Made by a program: the position numbers and the translations under genes
DNA from: Thermomonas sp.
Lineage (GTDB): Bacteria > Pseudomonadota > Gammaproteobacteria > Xanthomonadales > Xanthomonadaceae
Direction: 5' to 3'
Assembly (NCBI RefSeq): GCF_020850895.1
Contig: NZ_JADZDS010000010.1
Span: 15,870-79,869, forward strand
DNA: 64,000 nt
Shown here: positions 10,849 to 25,110 of the stretch, piece after piece
Layout of the letters: every line of letters starts with the position of its first letter
How positions within the stretch are numbered: the first letter of the stretch is position 1
The notes under the pieces: generated by a model
Seen by the model: only the letters and a program-made list of their open reading frames with translations
Told to the model about the DNA's origin: nothing
Databases searched by the model: none

Positions 10849-10872
10849 CAACGCCGCCCAGCGGCGGCGTTG
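10849..10872. terminator. Probable bidirectional terminator hairpin
   Basis: caacgccgcc-cagc-ggcggcgttg perfect 10-bp stem between convergent genes. Confidence 0.65.
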
Positions 10873-10895
10873 CTTGTGTGCGATTGAACCCGGAC

Positions 10896-11675
10896 TCAAC
10901 TTCCAACGGCCACGCGACGTGCCGAAAGGAAGGTCTGGGCCCAATAACCAGTAGACAGGCTGGAGACGGTGACGTCACGCCCGGTGCGGGGGGCGTGCAG
11001 GAACTTGCCGTCGCCGATGTAGATGCCGACGTGGTCGATGTGCCCGCGGCGGCCAAAGAACACGAGGTCACCCTCTGCCAGGGCATTGCGATCGGTCACC
11101 GGGGTGCCTTCACCGGCCATGGCCCGGGATACGCGGGGAAGGTTGATGCCGATGGTGCGAAAGACGTAGCCCACCAAGCCGCTGCAGTCGAAACCACTCT
11201 CCGGCGAGGTGCCACCCCAGCGATACGGGGTGCCGAGCAGGGTAAACGCGCGCTGCATGAGGGTCCGGACCAGCGATCGATCGGAGGGGGTCGTTGCCGC
11301 GGCAGCAAGAGGTGCTGGGGCCCGGGTGGCGCGTGCCTGGGTATCCAAGGCAGCTAGGGCCGTCGACGCCGGAGGCAAGACCAGCTCCGTGGCCAGGGAG
11401 GGGACCGCGGGTGCCGGCATGGGGGCAGGCTGCAATGGGGCCGATGGAAGCGCCAGTGCGGGGGGGATCGAAGGGGTGACGGTCGATGCCGGGGGGGCCA
11501 CGCTCGCAGGCGCTGGATTGGCTGTGCTCAATGCAGGATCGTCGGGGCTGACGACTGGCAGGGTTGCCATTGCAGGACCCCAAGCAATGGCAAGCAACAG
11601 GGCCGCTGCTGTGCGGAAGGCGCCCTTGGAAGCAGGGCGAGCGGGATGGCTGTGTGGGAAGGTTGTTGGCTTCAC
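10896..11675 (-). CDS. NlpC/P60 (C40) peptidase with signal peptide and Pro/Ala-rich linker
   Basis: GTPYRWGG, GFDCSGLV and HVGIYIG motifs. Confidence 0.92.
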   Translation of the reverse strand: MKPTTFPHSHPARPASKGAFRTAAALLLAIAWGPAMATLPVVSPDDPALSTANPAPASVAPPASTVTPSIPPALALPSAPLQPAPMPAPAVPSLATELVLPPASTALAALDTQARATRAPAPLAAAATTPSDRSLVRTLMQRAFTLLGTPYRWGGTSPESGFDCSGLVGYVFRTIGINLPRVSRAMAGEGTPVTDRNALAEGDLVFFGRRGHIDHVGIYIGDGKFLHAPRTGRDVTVSSLSTGYWAQTFLSARRVAVGS

Positions 11676-11767
11676 GCGGTCATCACGATCAAAAATCAGG
11701 TCGCACTATGCCCGCCGTGGCGGGGTTAAAGGTTCATAAAGTGTTATTTGAATGAAGATGAATGGGC

Positions 11768-11780
11768 TAAATCGTTGATT
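11768..11780 (-). promoter_or_regulatory. Putative IHF site in AT-rich upstream region
   Basis: Minus strand AATCAA-CGAT-TTA matches WATCAA-N4-TTR. Confidence 0.45.
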
Positions 11781-11889
11781 TTCCCAGTTCATTTACATGA
11801 ATAGAGGCCGGTTTGCCGGACGGATTGCGTTTCAATCCATTGGTCGGTGTGAATTGCCGATTGGTGTGAACGCTTCTTCCGGCTGGCGA

Positions 11890-12441
11890 TCAGAGCAGCA
11901 GCCTGCGTGCGCCACTGTAGTGGTCGTGCCACCACGGATCATCCAATCGGTCCAGGCGAACGGTGCCGCCGGTGCTGGGCGCGTGGACGAATCGGCCTTC
12001 CCCGACGTAGATGCCGACATGGCTGACCTTGCCGCCCGTGCCGAAAAACACCAGATCGCCGCCGGCCAGTTGTTCGGGCTGGATGCGCGGGCCCTGCAGC
12101 CTGATCAACTCCGAGGTGGTGCGCGGCAGGCGCAGGTTGAGCATGTCGCGGTAAACGTAGTTCACCAGTCCGCTGCAGTCGAAGCCGCCTTCGGGGGTGT
12201 TGCCGCCCCAGTGATAGGGCGTGCCGACGAGGCTGATTGCGCGAATCAGGACGGCATTGGCCTTGGCTGGGTCTGCGGGGGCAACCACCGGCCATTCGTG
12301 GCGGGCGCTGTGGCCGGAGCGCGGCGTTTCGCGGACATTGTCGCCGCCACCGCAACCGGCGAGGGCCAGCAACATTGGCGCAAGCAGCGCGCAGCGTCGA
12401 TAATGCGATCCCGGTCGCTGGTTGCAGTCGGCTGGTTTCAT
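11890..12441 (-). CDS. NlpC/P60 lipoprotein
   Basis: LAGC lipobox; GTPYHWGG, FDCSGLV and HVGIY motifs. Confidence 0.92.
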   Translation of the reverse strand: MKPADCNQRPGSHYRRCALLAPMLLALAGCGGGDNVRETPRSGHSARHEWPVVAPADPAKANAVLIRAISLVGTPYHWGGNTPEGGFDCSGLVNYVYRDMLNLRLPRTTSELIRLQGPRIQPEQLAGGDLVFFGTGGKVSHVGIYVGEGRFVHAPSTGGTVRLDRLDDPWWHDHYSGARRLLL

Positions 12442-12502
12442 TCCGCGCAGTGTCGTCGCAATGCGGTACGCCGGCAAGCGCCCTTCCGAAGGCAGGAGTT
12501 CC

Positions 12503-12985
12503 ATGAAGATCGAAAACGACCGGGTCGTGCGTTTCCACTACAGCGTTGCCGAGGCAGGCAAGGACACGCTGGAAAGCTCGAAGGAGGGCGGGCAGCCGAT
12601 TGCAATCCTGTTCGGGCGCGGGCAGATCATCCCCGGCCTGGAAAAGGCGATGGAAGGCCGTGAGGTCGGAGACAGCTTCAAGGCTGCAGTCAACGCTGGT
12701 GAAGCCTATGGCGAGCGTCGCGAAGGACTGACCCAGCGTGTTCCCAAGAAGCATTTCGGTGGGCAGAAGCTGGTGCCCGGGATGCAGGTGGTGTTGCAAA
12801 CCAACTTCGGCCCGCGCGCCGTGGTCATCGAGAAGGTCGGCATGAGCGTGGTCGATGTGGACCTGAACCATCCCATGGCCGGCAAGGATCTGGAGTTCGA
12901 CATCGAGATCGTGGACGTGCGCGAGGCCAGCGAAGAAGAGCTGGCGCACGGCCATGTGCATGGTGAAGGTGGGCACCACCACTGA
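12503..12985 (+). CDS. slyD: FKBP-type peptidyl-prolyl isomerase
   Basis: IIPGLEKA, VDLNHPMAGKDL, His-rich tail; AGGAG RBS. Confidence 0.92.
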   Translation: MKIENDRVVRFHYSVAEAGKDTLESSKEGGQPIAILFGRGQIIPGLEKAMEGREVGDSFKAAVNAGEAYGERREGLTQRVPKKHFGGQKLVPGMQVVLQTNFGPRAVVIEKVGMSVVDVDLNHPMAGKDLEFDIEIVDVREASEEELAHGHVHGEGGHHH

Positions 12986-13037
12986 TCGAGCGCGGCCGGA
13001 CGATCAGCCGGCAGTTCTCCTGCCCATGGGTGCCGAG

Positions 13038-13060
13038 ACGGCCCGCGTTGCGGGCCGTTT
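13038..13060 (+). terminator. Intrinsic terminator after slyD
   Basis: acggcccgc-gtt-gcgggccgt stem followed by short T tract. Confidence 0.6.
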
Positions 13061-13169
13061 GCGTTGCTGGGCAAGAAGTCGGCGTGACATCCTGCACATA
13101 CCTGTCCCACCGGGCGTAGCCTAGAGTCAAAACCGGGCGGGTAGAGGCCGGTTCACTAGGGGTGGGGGC

Positions 13170-14603
13170 ATGACTGTCGGGTTCTCTCCAGTTGCCGGTC
13201 GCGACCGCATCCAGGCTTTGGACGTGATCCGCGGTTTCGCCCTCCTCGGCATCGCGTTGATGAATGTCGAATTCTTCAACCGGCCGCTGGCTGCGCTGGG
13301 CGAAGGCCTGCCGACGGGCCTGGAGGGGGCCGATGCGTGGGCCGCCCTGACGGTCCACCTGTTCGTTCGCGAGAAGTTCTTCACCATTTTCTCGATCCTG
13401 TTCGGCATGGGGTTCGCGCTGATGCTGGCGCGTGCACAGGCGGCAGGCCGTCACTTCACGACGCCCTACCTGCGCCGGACGGTGGCGTTGGCATTGTTCG
13501 GCCTGGTGCATGGAATGCTGATCTGGGCCGGCGACATCCTGCTCAGTTATGCCTCGGCTGCCGCGGTGTTGTTGGCGGTGTTGTTGGGGCGTGGCTGGAT
13601 GATGTGGGTGAGCTTCGCGCTGCTGATTGCATTGGGGTTTGCCTTCAACTTGCCCGAAGACGCGGGGTTCACGGCATTCCTCCTGTTGATTGATGCACTG
13701 GTATTGACCTGGTACAGGCGCGGTGCGGTGGCCGATTCACTGGCTTTGCAAGGACGCAATCTGATGAAGGCTGGTCTGACCTTGTACCTGCTGCCGGCCG
13801 TGTTGTTGGCGTTGCTGGGGGGAATCCAATGGCGCGCGGAGGCGGCGAGGGCGGAAGCTCCAGCCGCCCGGATGTCCACGGAAGAAACGAGGGCGCGGGC
13901 GGAGGGCGAAAGACGGATAAAAGAAGCACTTCGCCAGCAGGCGCAACGGGCAGCGGAGGAGGCGTCGGTGATGACCCGGGGCAGCTACGCGGATGCCGTG
14001 GAATTCAGGGCGCCGCATTTCATCGCGGACTTTACCCGCGCCATCTTTTTTGTTCCGATGGCGATGGGATTGTTCATGATCGGGGCGTGGTTGTTGCGTT
14101 CAGGGGTGGTCAGTGAGCCCCTGCAGCACCTCGGGCTGCTGCGCGCATTGGCGTGGATCGCGTTGCCTGCAGGCATGCTGACGACCTTGGCGAGCGCAAT
14201 GATCGCAACCGATCTCGGCTCCGGCCAGGCGCGTTGGACGACTGCTGGCGGCTTGCAACTGATCGGCAGCCTGCCGATGGCGCTGGGCTATGTCGCAGTG
14301 CTGTTGCTGGCATTGCAGCGGCAATCGTGGCGTCGCGGTTTGGGGTGGCTGGCGCCTGCGGGACGCATGGCGCTGACCAATTACATCGGCCAGTCAGTGC
14401 TCTGTTCGCTGTTCTTCTTTGGCTATGGCTTGGGCTTCTGGGGCATGCCGCGGGCGCAGCAGGTGCTGTTCGTGCTGGGAATGTTTGTGCTGCAGGTGTT
14501 GCTGAGCCGTTGGTGGCTGACGCGGTTTCGCTTCGGTCCACTGGAGTGGCTATGGCGTTGGGCCACCTATGGCGTGCGCCCGGCCATGCGCGTAGAGGTG
14601 TAG
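13170..14603 (+). CDS. DUF418 (YeiB-like) membrane protein
   Basis: RIQALDVIRGFALLGI, GRMALTNYIGQS and GPLEWLWR motifs. Confidence 0.9.
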   Translation: MTVGFSPVAGRDRIQALDVIRGFALLGIALMNVEFFNRPLAALGEGLPTGLEGADAWAALTVHLFVREKFFTIFSILFGMGFALMLARAQAAGRHFTTPYLRRTVALALFGLVHGMLIWAGDILLSYASAAAVLLAVLLGRGWMMWVSFALLIALGFAFNLPEDAGFTAFLLLIDALVLTWYRRGAVADSLALQGRNLMKAGLTLYLLPAVLLALLGGIQWRAEAARAEAPAARMSTEETRARAEGERRIKEALRQQAQRAAEEASVMTRGSYADAVEFRAPHFIADFTRAIFFVPMAMGLFMIGAWLLRSGVVSEPLQHLGLLRALAWIALPAGMLTTLASAMIATDLGSGQARWTTAGGLQLIGSLPMALGYVAVLLLALQRQSWRRGLGWLAPAGRMALTNYIGQSVLCSLFFFGYGLGFWGMPRAQQVLFVLGMFVLQVLLSRWWLTRFRFGPLEWLWRWATYGVRPAMRVEV

Positions 14604-14772
14604 ACCGTGCTTGCCGGACCCTGACCGTTGGGTGCGCCAGGGCCGAGAGGCTCCTGCTCGATCCGGTTGGGCCTGTGCGAGCGCGTGCCGATCCAGTTCC
14701 CATCGGACCGCGCGCGGATGAGGCGCGCAGAGCGAACATAATGACGCGCCTCATCAGACTAGGTCGGCCCAC

Positions 14773-16044
14773 ATGAATGCAGCCGCGCCCGCGTTGTCCG
14801 CTGATTGCCTGATCATTGGTGCCGGCGTGTCTGGACTGGCGACCGCGCTGGCGCTGCTGGAGAGCGGGCGCGGGGTGGCCGTCATCGACGCGGCAACGAT
14901 CGGACGTGGGGCCTCGCACGGCAATTGCGGCACCCTGACCCCCAGCCATGCGCCGCCGCTGGCCGGGCCCGGCACGCTCTCGAAAGCCTTGCGCTGGATG
15001 TTGACCCCGGATGCGCCGCTGTACATCAAGCCCACGCTGTCGCCCAGTCGCCTGCGCTGGTTCCTGGGATTTGCCTTGCGCTGCAATGCCCGCGACTACG
15101 TGCGCAGTGCGCGGGCCAAACATGCGCTGCTGGCGGATTCGTGCCTGCGGATTCCACAGTGGGTTGCGCGCTACGCGCTGAACTGCGAGTTCGCGCAGAC
15201 CGGCGAGGACTACGTGTTCCGTACCCGACGTGCGCTGGACCAGGAGCTGCGCGATGTGCCGCTGCTGCGCGCATTGGGGATCGACGTCGAGGTGATCGAC
15301 GGTGCGGCCTACGAGGCCAGCGAACCGACGCTCAAAGGCGGGCTGGCCGGGGCAATGCGCTTCCGGGGCGATGCCGCGCTGCGCCCCGATCGCTATGTGG
15401 CCGAACTGGCCCGGGTCGTGCGCGAGCGCGGCGGACGGATCGTCGAACATTGTGCGCTGCAGGGGCTGGACGACGGGTCGGGTGGCGTGCTGGCGCACAC
15501 GACGCAGGGGCCGATGACGGCACGCGATGTCGTGCTGGCCACCGGCGCCTGGTCGCCGCGGATCGCGGATGCGATCGGCCTGCGCTGTATGGGCAAGGCG
15601 ATCCAACCGGGCAAGGGCTACTCGATCACCTACAGCCGACCCTCGCGGGTGCCGAAACGGCCGATCATCCTGGTTGAACCTTCCGTCTGCGTCACGTCAT
15701 GGAGTGATGGGTATCGCCTGGGCAGCACGATGGAGTTTTCCGGTTTCGACGACCGCTTGAATCCGCGTCGACTGGCGGCGTTGGAGCGGGGCGCCGCCGA
15801 GTTTCTGCACGAGCCAATGGGACCGCAGGTGCAGGAACGCTGGTGCGGCTGGCGGCCGATGAGCCGCGATGACATCCCGCTGGTCGGGCCCGCGCCCGGT
15901 CGCAAACACATCTGGCTGGCGGTCGGGCACGGGATGATGGGCGTGGGCATGAGCGCCGGGACCGGGCAATTGCTCGCCGACCGCATCTGCGGTCGCGTGC
16001 CCGACGTCGATCCGGGCCCATTCGACCCGGCGCGGTTTGCCTGA
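14773..16044 (+). CDS. FAD-dependent D-amino-acid dehydrogenase family oxidoreductase (DadA-like)
   Basis: IIGAGVSG, GASHGNCG, KGYSIT, WCGWRP and GHGMMG motifs. Confidence 0.88.
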   Translation: MNAAAPALSADCLIIGAGVSGLATALALLESGRGVAVIDAATIGRGASHGNCGTLTPSHAPPLAGPGTLSKALRWMLTPDAPLYIKPTLSPSRLRWFLGFALRCNARDYVRSARAKHALLADSCLRIPQWVARYALNCEFAQTGEDYVFRTRRALDQELRDVPLLRALGIDVEVIDGAAYEASEPTLKGGLAGAMRFRGDAALRPDRYVAELARVVRERGGRIVEHCALQGLDDGSGGVLAHTTQGPMTARDVVLATGAWSPRIADAIGLRCMGKAIQPGKGYSITYSRPSRVPKRPIILVEPSVCVTSWSDGYRLGSTMEFSGFDDRLNPRRLAALERGAAEFLHEPMGPQVQERWCGWRPMSRDDIPLVGPAPGRKHIWLAVGHGMMGVGMSAGTGQLLADRICGRVPDVDPGPFDPARFA

Positions 16045-16064
16045 GGCTCAGCGTTGCTCCAGCC

Positions 16065-16349
16065 TCACAAACCAACCAATACGGCCACGACGCCCAGCAA
16101 GGGAACATGGCAAAGCACGATCCAGAGTGGCCGTTCGCGGCGGAGCAAGCCGGCCACGGCAAGGACGAACGCGAAAAACAGGCAGAGCAGCAGGATCGCC
16201 CACACGAAGAAGAAATCACACAGGCCATCCCCGCACGGCCCGGAAAAATGTTCCGCCAACCGCAGCAGCGGCAGGATCAGGGCATTTGCCGCCACCGATA
16301 GCCAGAGCAGCCATGGGCGCTTTGCGGTGATTAGGTCTGTTTGGTCCAT
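16065..16349 (-). CDS. Small hypothetical membrane protein (about 3 TM)
   Basis: 94-aa hydrophobic ORF filling the gap; CGDGLC loop. Confidence 0.6.
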   Translation of the reverse strand: MDQTDLITAKRPWLLWLSVAANALILPLLRLAEHFSGPCGDGLCDFFFVWAILLLCLFFAFVLAVAGLLRRERPLWIVLCHVPLLGVVAVLVGL

Positions 16350-16462
16350 GGCAGCGTCCAATCGTTATGTCAGGGACCTCGCTTGCGCCGATTCATGTCC
16401 AGCAGAGGTCTGCTTCATTCACCAGACAGGAAAAATGACAGCACGCGCTGGCCCTTGTTGGG

Positions 16463-18415
16463 TCATCTTGTTCCCGGCCCGATGTGTCTGCTCAAGAAGG
16501 CCTCCATGCGCCGGAACAGTTCGGCGCGGTTCTCCGGTTTGTAGAAACCGTGGCCTTCGCCTGGAACGAAGAACACTTCGGCAGGGTTCCCGGCCGCTTT
16601 CAGCGCTGCAACCATGGCCTTGTACTGGTTGAGGTCGGCGGTCCGGTCATCGCCGCCGTGGGACAACATGACCGGGACACGGATGTCGGCCGCATGCAGG
16701 GCGGGTGAAACGCTTGCCAAGGCCGCCGTGTCGGTGCCCAAGGACCGGTCGAAGAATCGCTGGGTGCTTTTCGACTGTCCCATGTTCCGGTCGGTATTTC
16801 GCATCAACGGCAAGTCGTATACGCCGACGTAGCCGATGGCGCATTTGTACATGCCCGGATTGAGGATGGGCTGCTCCAGAGCGGTGTAGCCACCGAAGCT
16901 TGCCCCGAAGGTGCAGATCCGGTCAGGATCGGCCAGATGGTTGGCAATTGCCCAGCGCACGCCGTCGGTGATGTCGTTCTGGATGGTCGTTCCCCAACCT
17001 TTCCAGCCCGCCTCCACGAACCCCTCGCCACGCCCGGATGAGCCTCGGTAGTTGATCTGCAGTACCGCGTAGCCATGGCTTGCCAGGAACTGCACTTCGC
17101 CGTCGTAGCTCCAGCTGTCGCTGACGCCGAAGGGACCGCCATGGGCCATCACGACCATCGAATGTGGACCGGTTCCCCTTGCAGTGTAGAACCCGAAGAC
17201 CTTCTGGCCATCGCGGGTGGTGTATTCGATCGGCCGCGTCTGGACCAACGTGTCCGGGTTCAGCCAAGGACGGTAATCAACGATTTTCCGAACCTTGCGG
17301 GCAGTGCGATCGTAGAGGTAATAGCTGCCCGAATTGCGGTCCGACCACACGCTGAACAGGACTTTGTTGCCGTCGCGGCTGAAGCTGTCGAAGCTCACCA
17401 TCTCCCCGGGGAACAGCTTCAACAACGAGGCGTGCAACTGGGCCCATTCCGACTGTGGGTTGATGTATTCGATGCTGGGCTTGGAAGCGCTGTAGCTGAC
17501 GGCGAAGGGCTGGCCATCGAAGCCGCCGGGCATCCATCCGCTGACCGCCTCATCGGGATTGCCGGCCAGCTTGGTGCGGGTCCCTGCCTGCAGGTCGATG
17601 CGGTAGGCCTGCGCCGGTTCCTTGGCATCGGCCACCAGTGCGTAGAGGGTGTTGTTGTCCCTGTCGAAATGCACGCCGTAAATCAGGCGGCCGGCGATCG
17701 ATTTCGGCAACGGCGCCCAGGCGTCACCCTTGTTGCGCCGATAGGACTGGATGGGTTCGTCGCTATCGTCCCATGTGGTGCGCAGCCGGGCCTCACCCGT
17801 CCGGTCAAAGTAGAACGCAGCCCTGCCACGGGTGCGCTCGACTTCCCTGCGCTCGCCGGTGCGGGTGTCGACCCGGAAGATGACCGTATCCGGTTCCTCG
17901 CCGCAGTCCCAGCAGTAGAAATTCACCAGCGCCATGCCGGGTTCGTCGTAGAGGACGTCCTCGACACTTGCCCAGCCGTGGTCATTGCGCTTGCCGCGCT
18001 TGCCGTTGCGCTCCGGCACGTAACCGAAGAGAACGTCCTGATTCTGGCCCTTGACGTCGGACGTGTAGAGCTCGCCGCGTGTCCTTGGTCGGGCCAACAG
18101 GGGTTCGAGGGCCGCACGCGCGACCACCACCTGCTCGTCTGCGGTCCAGGTGATGTTCGAAACGTGTTGCTGCGAGCCGAAGCGAAGGATCTGTGATTTG
18201 CCGGTGGCAAGGTCAAGGATCTCGAGCCTGGTTTCCATGCCATCAGGCGTGGGCACCGCCATCGCGATGTATTGGCCGGACGGCGAGAGTGAGAGTTCCC
18301 AGGCACCGGGTCGCCTTGCAAAATCTTCTGCACTGGGCGCCTGGGCCGTTGCCGAGGTGGCTGCCAGCAGAATGGGCAGGGCAAGGAGCCGCAGGAGAAT
18401 GCGCTTGAATCCCAT
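16463..18415 (-). CDS. S9 family prolyl oligopeptidase, secreted
   Basis: Signal peptide; HGGP, NYRGS, GASFGG, HGGDD and EGHGF motifs. Confidence 0.93.
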   Translation of the reverse strand: MGFKRILLRLLALPILLAATSATAQAPSAEDFARRPGAWELSLSPSGQYIAMAVPTPDGMETRLEILDLATGKSQILRFGSQQHVSNITWTADEQVVVARAALEPLLARPRTRGELYTSDVKGQNQDVLFGYVPERNGKRGKRNDHGWASVEDVLYDEPGMALVNFYCWDCGEEPDTVIFRVDTRTGERREVERTRGRAAFYFDRTGEARLRTTWDDSDEPIQSYRRNKGDAWAPLPKSIAGRLIYGVHFDRDNNTLYALVADAKEPAQAYRIDLQAGTRTKLAGNPDEAVSGWMPGGFDGQPFAVSYSASKPSIEYINPQSEWAQLHASLLKLFPGEMVSFDSFSRDGNKVLFSVWSDRNSGSYYLYDRTARKVRKIVDYRPWLNPDTLVQTRPIEYTTRDGQKVFGFYTARGTGPHSMVVMAHGGPFGVSDSWSYDGEVQFLASHGYAVLQINYRGSSGRGEGFVEAGWKGWGTTIQNDITDGVRWAIANHLADPDRICTFGASFGGYTALEQPILNPGMYKCAIGYVGVYDLPLMRNTDRNMGQSKSTQRFFDRSLGTDTAALASVSPALHAADIRVPVMLSHGGDDRTADLNQYKAMVAALKAAGNPAEVFFVPGEGHGFYKPENRAELFRRMEAFLSRHIGPGTR

Positions 18416-18582
18416 CTGTAACGTGTCCCTCGCTTGGATGCGATGCAGCTCCCCGCTGCTTCCATCGCCCTCTCTGGTGATGGTCTCGGAAGATTATCAT
18501 GCAGTGGGATGCCGCTTCAATCTGCAATAGGGAAGGACTCATGCCTTGAAATTCCCAAGCTTGATTGCAGAGAATCCGATAC

Positions 18583-18664
18583 AGGCCCGGACTCGACTCC
18601 CACGAATCAATCACCTGCATGATTGATTCGCGGACAGCCAGTCATGGCTGGCGGGAACCACTGA
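18583..18664 (+). repeat. Two-hairpin interspersed repeat, copy A
   Basis: cacgaatcaatca-cctgca-tgattgattcgcg, then cagcca-gtca-tggctg, then gggaaccactga; aligns with copies at 57768 and 59960. Confidence 0.85.
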
Positions 18665-18676
18665 GTTGATCGTTTC

Positions 18677-20566
18677 TTACGCTTCCAGCGTCGCCAGATC
18701 ACCCTTCAACTCCAGCCAACTCCTGCGATCCGGGGCGCGCTTCTTTGCCAGCAGCATGTCCATCAGGCCGGAGGTGGCGTCGGCGTCGTCGACGGTGAGC
18801 TGGACCAGGCGGCGGGTGTCGACGTGCATGGTCGATTCACGCAGCTGCGACGGGTTCATTTCGCCCAGGCCCTTGAAGCGGGTGACATTGACCTGGCCCT
18901 TGAGCTTGTCGCGCTGGATCTTCTCCAGCAGCAGGCGCTTCTCGTCTTCGTCCAGTGCGTAGAACACTTGCTTGCCGACGTCGATGCGGAACAGCGGCGG
19001 CATCGCCACGAACACATGGCCGCCGCGCACCAGTTCCGGGAAGTGGCGCAGGAACAGGGCCGAGAGCAGGGTGGCGATGTGCAGGCCGTCGGAATCGGCG
19101 TCGGCCAGCACAATGACCTTGCCGTAGCGCAGGCCGCTGATGTCGTCCTTGCCCGGGTCGCAGCCGATGGCGACCGCAAGATCGTGCACTTCCTGCGAGG
19201 CCAGCACCTGCCCCGAGGCGACTTCCCAAGTGTTCAGGATCTTGCCACGCAACGGCAGGATGGCCTGGAAGTCCTTGTCGCGGGCCTGCCGTGCGCTGCC
19301 GCCGGCGGAGTCGCCCTCGACCAGGAACAGCTCGGTGCGTGAAAGATCCTGCGAGATGCAGTCGGCAAGTTTTCCCGGCAACGCTGGGCCTTGCGTGATC
19401 TTCTTGCGCACCACCTGCTTTTCGGTCTTCAGGCGCGCAGCGGCGCGCTCGATGGCGAGCTGCGCGATGCGCTCGCCGAGTGCGGTATTGGCATTCAGCC
19501 ACAGGCTGAAGGCGTCGTGGGCCGCGCCTTCAACAAAGCCCGCCGCCTGCCGCGAGGACAGGCGTTCCTTGGTCTGCCCGGAAAACTGCGGGTCGATCAT
19601 CTTCAACGACAGCACGAAGGCGATCCGGTCCCAGACGTCCTCGGGGGCGAGCTTGACGCCGCGCGGCAGCAGGTTGCGGAAGTCGCAGAACTCCCGCAGC
19701 GCATCGGTGAAACCGGTGCGCAGGCCGTTGACGTGGGTGCCGTGTTGGGCGGTGGGGATCAGGTTGACGTAGCTCTCCTGCACCAGTTCGCCTTCGGGCA
19801 CCCATGCCGCCGCCCAATCGACGATCTGGCCGTCGCGCTGCTGGTTGCCGATGAAGCCCTCCTGCGGCAGCAATTCACGCCCGTCCAGTTCGCCCTTCAG
19901 GTAGTCGCGCAGGCCGTCTTCGTAATACCAGTGACACCGTTCACTCGTGGCTTCGTCGAACAGGCTCACGGTCAGCCCGGGGCAGAGCACGGCCTTGGCG
20001 CGCAGCAGGTGCTTGAGTGCGCGCAGGTTGAACTTCGGGGTATCGAAATACCGCGCGTCGGGCCAGAAGCGCAGGCGGGTGCCGGTGTTCTTCTTGCCGA
20101 CGCTGCCCACCACCGCCAGCTTCGTTGCACGATCGCCGTCGGCGAAGGCCATGTGATACTCGTTGCCGTCGCGCTTGATGTAGACGTCCACGCGCGTCGA
20201 CAGCGCATTGACCACGCTCACGCCCACGCCGTGCAGACCACCGCTGAAGGCGTAGTGCTTGTTGTTGAACTTGCCGCCGGCGTGCAGGCGAGTGAGGATC
20301 AGTTCGACGCCGGGGATCCTCTCCTCCGGGTGGATGTCCACAGGCATGCCGCGGCCGTCGTCGGCGACCTCGCAACTGCCGTCGGCGTGCAGGGTGATGT
20401 CTATGTTGCGTGCGTGCCCGGCCAGGGCCTCGTCCACCGCGTTGTCGACCACTTCCTGCGCCAGGTGGTTGGGGCGGCTGGTGTCGGTGTACATGCCGGG
20501 GCGGCGCTTGACCGGGTCCAGGCCGGTCAGGACTTCGATATCGGCGGCGTTGTAGCGTGTATTCAT
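18677..20566 (-). CDS. parE: DNA topoisomerase IV subunit B
   Basis: MNTRYNAADIEVL start, RRPGMY, LVEGDSAGG, DADSDG and RFKGLGEM motifs. Confidence 0.96.
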   Translation of the reverse strand: MNTRYNAADIEVLTGLDPVKRRPGMYTDTSRPNHLAQEVVDNAVDEALAGHARNIDITLHADGSCEVADDGRGMPVDIHPEERIPGVELILTRLHAGGKFNNKHYAFSGGLHGVGVSVVNALSTRVDVYIKRDGNEYHMAFADGDRATKLAVVGSVGKKNTGTRLRFWPDARYFDTPKFNLRALKHLLRAKAVLCPGLTVSLFDEATSERCHWYYEDGLRDYLKGELDGRELLPQEGFIGNQQRDGQIVDWAAAWVPEGELVQESYVNLIPTAQHGTHVNGLRTGFTDALREFCDFRNLLPRGVKLAPEDVWDRIAFVLSLKMIDPQFSGQTKERLSSRQAAGFVEGAAHDAFSLWLNANTALGERIAQLAIERAAARLKTEKQVVRKKITQGPALPGKLADCISQDLSRTELFLVEGDSAGGSARQARDKDFQAILPLRGKILNTWEVASGQVLASQEVHDLAVAIGCDPGKDDISGLRYGKVIVLADADSDGLHIATLLSALFLRHFPELVRGGHVFVAMPPLFRIDVGKQVFYALDEDEKRLLLEKIQRDKLKGQVNVTRFKGLGEMNPSQLRESTMHVDTRRLVQLTVDDADATSGLMDMLLAKKRAPDRRSWLELKGDLATLEA

Positions 20567-20611
20567 TCCGTGCGTGGTTTGCATGAGGCGCAGGTCGGCC
20601 GTTGCCGTTAG

Positions 20612-24757
<4,146 letters not shown>

Positions 24758-24771
24758 CACGACGGGCACGC

Positions 24772-25110
24772 ATGAAGGCCGTTGCCGTACTGGTCCTGTT
24801 GCTGTTGCTGCTGCTTGCGGGGCTGCAGTACAAGCTGTGGCACGGCAGCGGCGGGCAGGATGAGGTCGCGGCGCTGCGTGCGCAGGTGGTGGGTCAGCGT
24901 GCCGAGAATGCCAGGCTGAAAGCGCGAAACGACGCACTCGCTGCCGAAGTGGTTGACCTGAAGTCGGGCGGTGCGGCGGTTGAAGAGCGGGCGCGCAGCG
25001 AGTTGGGTTTGGTCAAGCCGGGAGAGACCTTTTACCGGGTGATCGACGACAACGCCGCTCCAGGCACCGATGCCGCACCACCGCCCACCAGGGAGCAGCC
25101 GGCGCCATGA
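24772..25110 (+). CDS. ftsB: Cell division protein FtsB
   Basis: TM helix, coiled coil, EERARSELGLVKPGETF; between eno and ispD. Confidence 0.93.
   Translation: MKAVAVLVLLLLLLLAGLQYKLWHGSGGQDEVAALRAQVVGQRAENARLKARNDALAAEVVDLKSGGAAVEERARSELGLVKPGETFYRVIDDNAAPGTDAAPPPTREQPAP

Noticed and set aside
16340..16460. GTTATGT resembling an attC core next to the small orphan gene
   Set aside because: No properly spaced complementary inverse core or L boxes; orientation does not fit a cassette
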